Positions 37,892 through 49,588 of a DNA stretch of 64,000 bases are shown here, in pieces; within the stretch, counting starts at the first letter, position 1; every line of letters starts with the position of its first letter. The notes under the pieces are model-generated. The model had not been told where the DNA came from. It saw only the letters and a list, made by a program, of their open reading frames with translations, and did not search any database. Source of the stretch: Azolla caroliniana. Lineage: Eukaryota; Plantae; Polypodiophyta. Location of the stretch: positions 7,316,001-7,380,000 of the forward strand of contig JBHGNT010000011.1 in NCBI GenBank assembly GCA_043228905.1, read 5' to 3'. Position numbers and translations under genes: made by a program.

Positions 37892-40800
37892 ACACCGACT
37901 CACGCACACACACACTCGCACACTCGCACACACAGCCCAACCCGACTCACGCCTTATGTACAGAAAACGCAGGGGAGGGTAAGCACCCGACGCCAACAAC
38001 GACGCGAATGTACACAGACAAACGTAAACGTATATGTATGTATATATAAGAAGAATACATTCCCGGCTTCGTGCCGGACTGAGGTTGGATACAGTAGTCG
38101 TCTGCTGCCAAGCCGTCGTCGGGGAGCTCTCAGCTCGTCGCGCCGAGCGAGGTCTTGCACAGGAGGCCGAACCAAAGCAAACCCTAAGCAAAACACGAAG
38201 GGGAAGAAGAAGGAGAACACGAAAACCTAACTCTAAACCTAATGGTATACCCTCTAATGCAAAACGGGCAACCCATTCACAAAGGGCGTTCCCTTCCTTT
38301 TATAGAACAAGGACAGGGATGCGTTACAATGTGGGATAAACCCCGACTTACATGGGACCGTCTGTCCCGACTTGACTACTCTTCGGCGCCATAAAGGCGC
38401 CCTCGTTATTCACACTAAATGTACATGGGTGTGTACACACGCTGCACCCCGCCGATGTAGCCAATGTTTCCCGGTTTCCGCCTCTGGCTGAAAATCTTCA
38501 CGACATCCGCCCCCACCTAACCGCACATCCTCCGGTATGTGCCAAAACATAGGGGAGAGAACACGAGATTTTCGGCCACGACGATCGACCGAGTCCTTAG
38601 CGTCCTCATGGGCCCGCCCGGCTTTGTCTTCCACTTCGAGCAAGACCACCCCGTCCACACGAACCACCGCCGCCTTCCGGCCCACCATCCTCGCCGAATG
38701 GTCTCGAACCGTCGGCGCCATCCGATCCGCCACACTCGACGATGTTTGCCGAGTCGTTGCCTCCACCCGATCCGCCACATCCACCCTGGGTCCTTGAACC
38801 ACCGACTACATCCGACCCGCCGTATCCGATGCCCGTGCTTTCCTCCCCGTTCGGTCCTCCTGAACGCCGTCGCCGACCCGGTTGCTCTTCCTTTGTCTGC
38901 CTCGTATATCCTCCGGATGCGCTCTCGGTCGCATGCCAGATTCCGCCCTTTGCGTGCCGCACACCGCGTCGTGCCGACTCTCTCCGCTCCGCGCTTGCCT
39001 TCCGTAGGCTTTCCCCGTATGTCGATGTTGCCCTCCGAATGCGTGCTCGTGCTTCGGTTCTTCGATGACCCCATTACGCGTTTTTCGCTTTCCCCTTTTT
39101 CGTCGTGCTCTCTCGTAGTAGAGCATATCGTCATCCCGACCTCCGTGTCGGTGTCCCTCAAGGCTCTCGTTATCGCCTCGCCTCGACTTGCGCCCTCTTG
39201 GCCCGCTTGGCCTTGTATGCCCTCCGGGAAGCCGCCGCGCTTTCTCTTCCCGGTGTGTACCCCGTTGTTCTCCACGCATCTCCTCCGTTTTCCTAAATAC
39301 GACTCTCCGCTCATGCCGATCGCGCTCGGCCCATGTCGTCGATCTTGGTGTTTCGCCGCGCCGTCCTTCGTCCCGCGCTTGCCTCTCGAAGGCTTGACTC
39401 GACCGTCATCGTCGGTCAATTGTTGTCGCCCATCCGTCATATGCATGCTTGTGTCTTGGCTCTCCACCGGCCGTATTGCATGCGTCTCGTGTCGTGCTTC
39501 CGCCGTAGACCCGACCTCCGCGTCGGTCTCCAACTCCTCGCCGCCACCCGCCGTCTCTCCGGTCTCACGTTGATCCGCAACCGCCGAAGTCTCTAGAATG
39601 GGTGTGGAAGGTCCCTCTCGCTCTTGGTCTTCTAGCAAGCCGTGATCACCGTGCCCACTAGGCCTCCTTCTCGCTCTCACCGGCTCCCACCATAACCGTA
39701 CTCGGCCGGCTACGAATCGATCAAACAATCCCGGTCTTGCCGGCTTCCTTCGGTTCGTGCCCGGTTGACCGGCGCCCGCTTCACTCTTCTTCCGCTCCGC
39801 CTCCCGGTCGGGTCAGATTACCGACCGGCTCATCTTTCGGTCGAGTCGGTTCCCGACTCGCTCCTCGATGCCACTCCGGACCTCTCCTTCGGTCTTTTCG
39901 CACGTGCCCACTCCGGGCCTCTCATCCTCACGGCCACCGCCCATCTCCCCGGTCTTATGTCCGCGCTCGGGCGCAATTGCCGAAGTCTCTGGCCCCGGTG
40001 TCGAGGGATCTCGCCTCCGTCCGCTACAAACCTCCTCTTCATCATTTCGGTTGCCCGCCTTGCCGCCGCCACCGTCCGTCTCTCTAGGTCTCACACCGGC
40101 TCTCGGGCCGGTTGTCGGAGTCTCTAGGACCGGTGTGTGGAAGGTCGCGGCACCGCCACTCGTCTCCTCTTCTTCCTCGATTTCGCAAGCCTCGAGTATG
40201 CTCGCGAAATCCTCGTAGAACGTTTCGGGCAACCGCGTCCCGAAACTTTCGCCCACTCTCGAAGTGGCGTCCATTGCTCCGTAGATATCGGCCTCATCCA
40301 TGGCCGTCCTCTTTCCACAAGTCGAGAGGGTCGCTCGCTCCGCACCCTCTCCCACATCGTCGTTGTGGTCGTCCGCCTTGCCGCCGCCACCGTTCATTAC
40401 CCTAAGTCTCACGCGGGCACTCGGGCCGGCCGCCGGGATCTCTTGAACCGGTGCGTGTAAGGTAGCAACGCCGCCGCTCATCGATGTTATGCCCGTAGCC
40501 ACCTCCATTCAGACATCGTCGTCCGTGGCTACCCCGCCTCCGTATATGCAAGCATCAATTATGCTTGCCGCCTCCTCTTCCACAGTCTCCTTACCGTTGT
40601 CTCGGTTGCCCGCCTTGCCGCCGCCACCGTCCGTCACTCTACGTCCCACACCAGCTCTCGGGCCGGTTGCCGTAGTCTCTAGGCCCGGTGTGTGTAAGGT
40701 CGCAACACCGCCGCTTGTCTCCTCCTCCCTCGATGTTTCGGGCCGCCATGTCCCGAATCCGTAGTTACCGGCCTCCATGGCTGTCCATTCGCCGCAAGAC

Positions 40801-41671
40801 GAGAGAGTCGCTCTTTTCGCACCCTCTCCCATGTCACCATCGTATGCTCTCCCGGCCTCCGTATAGGCCCCGTCTTCTACGTCTAGGGAGGCTTCTTCCT
40901 CCGCATCCTCCGATCGCCTCCGGCCCGTCTCCATAACAAGCCCTTCTTCGGCTCCGATTTTCGCCTTCACAAGCTCGCATGCCTCCCGTATTAGCACCTC
41001 TAGGTCGAGCTCCTCCGAACCATTTTGCGTTGAGCTCTCTTCTGGCGGTAGTGCGTACCCACTCACCGCTCTCTCTTCTCCGCCGCTCGCGGGCCGTGTT
41101 GTGGCCGACCACCTCGCATCATGTTGCCGGCACCCCCACCAATCGAACTCATGTCGACCTCTTCCTTCCGGTTCCGTGTACCCGTATGCCTCCAATAGGG
41201 CTCCCTCAAAGAACACCCACGACTTATGAGCTTCTCGTAGCTCCTTGACCTCCTTGTGCACCGATACGGTCGCCACTCAAGGAAAATACTCTAGCTGCAT
41301 CGCCTCGTCTACGCCCCCTTTCGCCATCTCGGCATCGTACGCTTCCAAGAACCTCGGGACATCGTCCCCGTTGAATCAGCCGACTCGATCGACCACCCTC
41401 TCGACGGCTTGTTGAGCCGCATCTCGCCTCGCCTTTTACCGTCGCGCATCCATCATGATCTTTGCCATCATCTCCTCGAAGTCGAAGTCTTCTTCAATCT
41501 CCATGCTCCCTTGCCACCTTTCACATCGAGTTCACCAAATATGTCGTGTTGTTACGCGCGTACGTGGAGAAAGGCGGGACCACGGGGGTCTTGGACTAGA
41601 GAGCAATGGAGCGTAGGAAGTCGTGCTTCACTGTTTCTAGGGCATCCCAGAAACACACCGGAAGCAACCGA

Positions 41672-41715
<44 letters not shown>

Positions 41716-42324
41716 ACACCGACTCACGCACACACACACACACACTCGCACACACAGCCCAACCCGACTCACGCCTTATGTACAGAAAACGCAGGGGAGG
41801 GTAAGCACCCGACGCCAACAACGACGCGAATGTACACAAACAAACGTAAACGTATATGTATGTATATATAAGAAGAATACATTCCCGGCTTCATGCCGGA
41901 CTGAGGTTGGATACAGTAGTCGTCTGCTGCCAAGCCGCCGTCGGGGAGCTCTCAGCTCGTCGCGCCGAGCGGGGTCTTGCACAGGAGGCCGAACCAAAGC
42001 AAACCCTAAGCAAAACACGAAGGGGAAGAAGGAGAACAAGAAAACCTAACTCTAAACTTAATGGTATACCCTCTAATGCAAAACGGGCAACCCATTCACA
42101 AAGGGCGTTCCCTTCCTTTTATAGAACAAGGACAGGGATGCGTTACAATGTGGGATAAACCCCAACTTACATGGGACCGTCTGTCCTGACTTGACTACTC
42201 TTCGGCGCCAAAAAGGCGCCCTCGTTATTCACACTAAATGTACATGGGTGCGTACACACGTTGCACCCCACCAATGTAGCCAATGTTTCCCGGCTTCCGC
42301 CTCTGGCCGAAAATCTTCACGACA
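37722..42324 (-). mobile_element. Non-autonomous Trp-primed LTR element G (gag-fusion frame only, no pol)
   Basis: Near-identical LTRs 37722-38505 and 41542-42324; TSD CCGT/CCGC; Trp PBS 41520-41537. PPT region and LTR termini are shared with the 2895-10379 gypsy element. Confidence 0.92.
38517..41504 (-). pseudogene. Single roughly 995-codon frame: Gag N-terminus fused to a long repetitive low-complexity region; five in-frame stops
   Basis: ATG 41504 and ORFs 40509-41276, 39813-40508 and 38517-39728 share one frame. The N-terminus FNGDDVPRFLEAYDAEM...FEGALLEAYG aligns to the autonomous gag FGGKDATSYLEAYRAEM...FEGRLLEKYG. Confidence 0.75.
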
Positions 42325-43147
42325 CCGCATTCTATGATATGTTGCGGCACTAAGGATCAGGGGTGGCTATATTGGGTTGGTGTAGCCGAACAACTTGTCA
42401 GTTATACGAATGCCGATTGGGCCGGACATGCCGGCGACCGCAAGTCTACATCTGGATATGCATTCTCACTTGGAATCGCCGCGGTCGCCTGGAGTAGTAA
42501 AAAGCAGCCAACATTAGCATTGTCGAGCACCAAGGCCGAGTACCGAGGAGCAATTGTTACAACGTGCGAATCCACATGGCTAAAAAGGCTACTTGAGGAT
42601 CTACGTGTGGAGGTGTCCGATCCAATTGTGATCTACTGTGACAACCTCAGCAACATCCAGTTAGTGAAGAACCCTATCTTTCACACTCGGACAAAGCACA
42701 TTGAGGTGCACAACCATTTTGTCCGAGAGCACGTTCTCTCCGGTGAAGTGGAACTGCTGCATGTTCCGACGGATCGGTAGGTAGCTGATATCTTCACCAA
42801 ACCCCTCGGCTCAGACAAGTTGCGGCAATTTTTTGGTGCACTAGGTGTGCAATACCTCGATATGCCAAACTTGAGGGGGACGAATGAGAAAGACGACCGA
42901 AAAGCCGAGTCAGAAACCGATTTCGATTTCGGCCCAACTGAAGAAGTCGGAGTGCAAGGGTCGACCGAGAAAGCCAAGATCAATTGTAGGGAGAGCCACC
43001 AGAATGGAGAGCCCAAGCCGGGGCTAACCAAAAAAGGGGGAGGCAAAGCTGGAAAGACCAAGACACAGACATGGGTCGATGTCGTGAAAGGTTTGGAAAT
43101 TGAAGAAGAGTTGGAGACAGCCAACTCGACCAAGAGCGGGAACGAAT

Positions 43148-43430
43148 TGACGTGAAATATGCAGATTAATATACGGCCACAACCCAAGCGTAGATCACTT
43201 GATGACAATCAAAAGCACAAACGAAATGGGAATGGAGGTAAGTAGACAAAACAGAAAGAGAATACACAGGATATTAACGTGGAAAACCCTGAGAGGGAAA
43301 AACCACGGGAGTCCACAAACTCCAAACTATCACTCTGTAAGAAAATTACAATAGGGAGCACAGAGACAACGACCTCTTGCTCACAATCTTCGCCTAGCGG
43401 CGGTTACAACAGAGACACAATCTCTGTATA

Positions 43431-43522
<92 letters not shown>

Positions 43523-46500
43523 GCACTGTACAGAAGTTACACCCAAAAATAACTATATCATCATAACTATTAAGTTTGCCCTAGGTCATATTTATACTAA
43601 TATGACTTTCGGGCTATTTACAAATATAGCCCCAATGGGCTCTCTAGAACATATTTACATATATGTCATTTCCATCCGATGAGAGATTCTCACTGGGCCT
43701 GCAACATTCGGTTCTCACCGGGTCTTCCTTGCCGGGTACTCGTCATCCAGTTCTCACCGGGTCTTCCGTTGCTGGGTACTCCACATCCGGATTCGGCTGA
43801 GGCCGATAGTTGCTCATCAACACTATTCTTCTCACTTCCCATCCGGAGGGACCTATTTCCTAACAAACTCCCCCTTCACTCCGGCATGGGAAGTCTTACT
43901 AGTCCAATCCGCTTCCGACATGCATCCAACTTGTCTGGTATCAGTACTTTGGTCAGCATATCTGACCCGTTCTCGGTCGTGTGGATCTTCGTCAGTGCGA
44001 ACTCTCGATCTTCTACTCGCTCTCGGATCCAGTGATACCTACGCTGGATGTGCTTTGTCTTGGAATGGTACGCTGCGTTCTTAGAAAGGTGGATGGCACT
44101 TTGACTGTCGCAATAGAGCCGGTATTCATCTTGCCGGATACCAAGCTCTCCGATGAAGTCCTTCATCCATAATATTTCCTTGTCGGCTTCAACAGTCGCC
44201 ATGTACTCCGCCTCCGTGGTTGACAATGCAACCGTCTTCTGCAGCCTCGACTGCCACGAAACAACTCCCCCTGCATATGTCATTACATACCCGGATGTAG
44301 ACCGGTTGGTATCCACATCAACCGACATATCTGAATTGGTAAAGCTGTCAACTTGAGGTTTACCAGAGCCGAATCGGAGACACATATTTGAAGTGCCCTT
44401 CAAGTACCAGAGTATCCATTTGACCGCGTTCCAGTGCTCCTTGCCGGGATTGCTCATAGACCGGCTCACCACTCTGACTGCGTATCCAATATTTGGTCGA
44501 GTACACACCATTGCGTACATTAAGCTCCCGACGGCAGAGGCATATGGAACCTTCATCATCTCCGCCTTATCTGCTTTCGTCTTCGGGCTTTGCTTACCGG
44601 ATAATCTGCAGTTTGCCGGGAGTGTCGATCCAACCGGTTTTGCTTCTAACATGTTGAACCGTTGAAGCACCTTTGTCACGTATTTCTCCTGTGACAACCA
44701 CAATTGCTTCTTTGACCGGTTCCGGATGATGTGCATCCCCAGTATCTGTCTTGCCGGGCCCAAGTCTTTCATTGAGAAAGTTCGGTTGAGAGCCTTCTTC
44801 AGCATCCGTATTTTGGCTTGGTCCCATCCGACGATCAACATGTCGTCCACGTACAGAAGGAGTATCAGGAAGTCGCCTCCTTCAAACTTCTTCACAAACA
44901 TGCAGTGATCGGTTTGCGTTTTGTGATACCCGTGGTCGGTCATGAAGGAGTCGAACTTCCGGTACCATTGCCGGGGAGCCTGCTTCAACCCGTAGAGGCT
45001 CCTTTTTAACCGGCAAACTAGGTGCTCCTTCCCTTTCTTCACAAATCCCTCCAGTTGCTGCATGTAGATCTCCTCTTCGAGGTCACCGTGGAGGAACGTC
45101 GTCTTCACGTCTAACTGCTCTACCTCGAGGTCCATGCTTGCCGTTATGCTCAGCACCGTGCGGATGGAAGTCACCTTTACTACCGGGGCAAATATCTCGT
45201 CAAAGTCCACGCCCTTCTTCTGTTGAAACCCCTTCACCACGATCCTGGCTTTGTACCTTGGAGGGTTGTCGGCATCTCCCGGTTTCAACTTGTACACCCA
45301 CTTGTTTCGGAGTGCCCTCTTTCCTTTCGGCAACTCCACCAATTCATACGTGTGGTTCTCATGCAAGGAATCCATCTCGTTCTGTATGGCACTCAACCAC
45401 TTTCGGCTATTGGTGTCACTTTTAGCTTCCTCAAAGCTTTCTGGCTCCCCTTCATCGGTTAACAACACGTGCTCTGGATCCGGAAATCTCTGGGGGGGCC
45501 TTCTCTCTCTGAGAGGATATCTCCGTCTTTGGTTTTCGACAACCAGCTCCTCTATTTGTTCTTCATCCGAATCCGATTCGGGGTCTTGGCCGGTTCCGGT
45601 TTCAGCTTCCTCTACTTCTTCTTCTGCAGGTTCAGTATCCACACCGTAATCGGCTGGTTCCTCGAGTGTCAACCAGCTCTTAGGTGGGTGGGTCCGAATC
45701 TCATCGGAGTTCATTATCTTCTTCTTCGACTCCCAGTCGGCAAGAGTCTTGTCCTCCATGAAGATAATATCTCGACTCCGGAATACTTTCTGGTCGACCG
45801 GGTCCCACACTCGGTAGCCAAACTCATCGTCGCCGTAACCGAGGAATATGCATGGCCAGGTCTTCGGATCTAACTTTCCTCTCCGGTCCTTAGCTACATG
45901 CATGTACACAAGACACCCGAATACCTTCAAATGCCGGTAGGACACTTCCTTACCGGTCCAGACTCTCTACAGCATGTCTCCGTCCAAGGGAACTAAGGGT
46001 AATCTGTTTATCACATATGTCGCCGTCGACAGTGCCTCAGCCCAAAACGTCTTGGGTAATTTTGCATGCGCCAGCATACTTCGGACCCTCTCCATTATGG
46101 TCTGGTTCATCCTCTCGGCCAACCCATTTAGTTCCGGCGTCTTCGGCACGGTAAATTCGAGCCGGATTCCCTTCGAGCGACAGTACTCCTCGAACTACCC
46201 CCGGTATTCTCCTCCGTTATCTGCTCGAATCGCCTTCAGCTTCCGGCCAGATTCTCTTTCCACTCTCGCGTGGAGCTCTTTAAAGACGTATAGCACCTGA
46301 TCCTTCATCTTCAACGGTGTGGCCCACAGCTTCCGGTTGTGGTCATCTATGAACGTCACAAAGTACTGCGATCCGGCATGTGACTTCGTGCCCACTTGAC
46401 ACACATCAGTATGCACCAACTCCAATGGTGCATTACGTCTCATCGGTGGCCTCGATCGGAAGGAGGTCCCGTTTTTCTTACCAGCTAGGCAGTCGGTGCA

Positions 46501-48201
46501 CCTCTCAAGATGCACGTCCTTCACCAGAATGAGGTTGTCATCGGCAAGCCTTTTCATCCCCTTCTCGCTCATGTGACACAGTCTCTTGTGCCACAGCTCA
46601 CCGGCAGTGTCGGAAGCCACGTTCACTTCTTCCGGGCATTGATTAGGTACAACGTGTTGACCTTTCGGGCTTGAGCCATTGTCAGGCTCCCTTTGTTGAA
46701 TTTCATGACTCCATTCCGGATGCTACCCGTGTAGCCTTCATCATCTAGCCGACCGGCTGATATCAGGTTCAGTGGAACCTCCGGAACGTGTCGGACATCC
46801 TTCAGCAGCAGCTTGCATCCGGTTGGTGTTGTCAACCACACGTCTCCTATGCCGACAATTTGGCATGTACCTTCATTCCCCATCCGGACACAACCGTGAT
46901 CACCGGCTATGTAGGATGAGAAGTATTTATGGTCCGGGGTAAGGTGGAACGACGCTCCGGAATCAACAACCCACGTTGTCTCGTTGCCGGCAAGGTTCAA
47001 CTCACTCTCCTCGATGATGAGCATCAACTCTTCTTCACTTGCCGTGATTGTCGTCATTCCCTTCTGGTCTGGCCCCCTCCGGTCTTTACCGTTCCGGTCC
47101 GGTGTTCGCTTCGAATCAGTACCGTCGGTTTCCTTGTCTTTTCGGAGTGCCGACAATTCTTCTGGAAGTGTCCCGGTTTGCTGCAATAGAAGCAAGTAGG
47201 CCTCGCCCTTGACTTTGACCGTGTCCCCGACTTTTCTCGGTTCTGGGGACTACGGTTCCTTTGTCTTCCGCGTTTCGATTCGGTAAGGAGCGCTTTGGAG
47301 TCGGAGCTCGTATCCTTATCTTTCCGATGTGCCTCCTCATCCAGCAAGCTCGACTTCACTCTTGCTAGGGATAACCGTTTCCCTTTCAGCCCGGCGTTGC
47401 CTGAAGTGACAACCAACGTCTCCTAGCTATCTGGGAGGGAACCGAGTAGGAGTAGTGCTAGTATCTCATCGGTGAGAGGTACTTCTAATGATGTTGGGTG
47501 GTGTATCAACCCTTGGAAGGCATTCATGTGCTCTGTCATGCTGGAGCCATCTTGGTATCAGAGTCTTACTAGCTTCCGAAATACTAAAACCTGATTAACA
47601 ACATTTTTGTTCTGAAACATAATGTCGATCTTCTCCTAGAGCTCATGAGCCTTGCTCTCTTCATTGAAGTTGTTGTATAGACTCATGTTGATGAAGCACC
47701 GTATGTACGTCGTTGTCTTGATGTGCATCACCTCCAATATCGTGGCATCGATTTTGTCCGGTCTCTTGTCCCCGAACTAAACCGGCAACCAAAGATCTTT
47801 AATCACGAGCATGTCCCTCATCTTCGACTTCCACACTGAATAGTTGGAGCCGGTGAGCTTGAACATGCCTCCCAACGAATCGTCCATTTTTCTGTGTCGT
47901 TTTGCTCTGATACCAATTTGACGTGAAATACGTGTATTAATCTCCGGCCACAACCCAAGCGTAGATCACTTGATGACAATCAAAAGCACAAACGAAATGG
48001 TAATGGAGGTAAGTAGACAAAACAGAAAGAGAATACACAGGATATTAACGTGGAAAACCCTGAGAGGGAAAAACCACGGGAATCCACAGACTCCCAACTA
48101 TCACTCTGTAAGAAAAATACAATAGGGAGCACAGAGGCAACGACCTCTTGCTAACAATCTTCGCCTAGCAGCAGTTACAACAGAGACACAATCTCTGTAT
48201 A

Positions 48202-48247
<46 letters not shown>

Positions 48248-48526
48248 GCACTGTACAGAAGTTACACCCAAAAATAACTCTATCATCATAACTATTAAGT
48301 TTGCCCTAGGTCATATTTATACTGATATGACTTTCGAGCTATTTACAAATATAGCCCCAATTGGCTCTCTAGAACATATTTACATATATGTCCTTTCCAT
48401 CCGATGAGAGGTTCTCACCGGGCTTGCAACATCCGGTTCTCACCGGGTCTTCTGTTGCTGAGGCCGATAGTTGCTCATCAACATTGTTCTTCTCACTTCC
48501 GATCCGGAGGAACCTGTTTCCTAACA
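43148..48526 (-). mobile_element. Ty1/copia element F, full-length, with stops and frameshifts in gag-integrase
   Basis: TSD CGAAT (43143-43147, 48527-48531). LTRs 43148-43865 and 47919-48526; perfect PBS TGGTATCAGAGC at 47904-47915; PPT at 43866. Knuckle CFYCSKPGHFQKNC; protease WVVDSGAS; open RT-RNaseH ORF 43876-45945. Confidence 0.95.
43434..43519. repeat. (CT)n microsatellite in the copia F LTR (shorter copy at about 48204-48244)
   Basis: Directly visible; repeat length differs between the two LTRs. Confidence 0.95.
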
Positions 48527-49588
48527 CGAATCAGAGACAAGGGATTTGGTCGAGGGTAGAAGTGAATCGGGGTCACATGATTCAATCAAAATGTTTGATT
48601 CGGAGGAGCTGAATCTACGATGGGACAAGCGGACGAAAGGACAGTAGAAGACGACATCGATATGGAGGAACCGACGAGTCGTGAAATGCCAGCACCATGA
48701 CAACGAGGGAGTTGATAAGGGCCGAAGGAGCATACAAGCCGACCAAGGAGGTCGAGGTGTGCAGAAGTGGACGGGTCGCGGAAAGAAGAATAGGACTGGA
48801 CAAAGGGCGCGAGTGAGGCGCATAAGCACGAGGAGTAGTTGGACGAAAGGACCGATTGCCACTAACACAACGATCCGACCTCAACTTGAGTTTGAGGGGG
48901 AGTGTTGAGTGAACGAGTGTTGGGAGACAGGTCCCTCCGGATGGGAAAGGAAAAGAACAGTCCTGATGAACAAACTCGGCCGAGGCCGATAGGCCTCGGC
49001 CGAAACCGGATGAGGAGTACCCGACTACGGAGAGCCGGATGGTGCAGACCTGGTGAGAACCGGATGAGGAGTACCCGGCTACGGAGAGCCGGATGGTGCA
49101 AACCTGGTGAGAACCGGATGAGGAGTACCCGGCTACGGAGAGCCGGATGGTGCAGACCCGGTGAGGAATGCTCACCGGATGAAGAGACATATTCGTAAAT
49201 ATGTTTCTGAGAGTCCATCAAGGCTATATTTGTAAATAGCCGAAAAGTCATATTAGTATAAATATGACTTAGGGCAAACTTTTAGATGGTCTGTCGTTGT
49301 TGTTGATTTTTCTTGTTGGCGCAAGGAGAGAGATAGCGCGAAACCGTGTACAAAGAGAGAGAAAGAAAGAAAAAGAAAGAAAGATATATTAACGTCTTCT
49401 AAGGCCAAAATTGGCCCATGAGACAAATGGTTTACAACAAAAATGGGATATTTACCCATTCATCGAAGTAAAAATAAAAATAAGATGAAAAATAGAGTTT
49501 AAGCTAAATAGTTCTAAAAAATAACAAACATGTTTTATATAGAAACATGTTCTACTACAATGAAAATGGTGTTATACAATTGTTATTT

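Noticed and set aside
38539-39573. 344-aa plus-strand ORF and other overlapping ORFs in GC-rich elements
   Set aside because: Antisense shadows of stop-poor GC-rich sequence with no recognisable motifs.
49004-49165. CRISPR-like array
   Set aside because: Head-to-tail 54-bp repeats with no unique spacers, inside an LTR.
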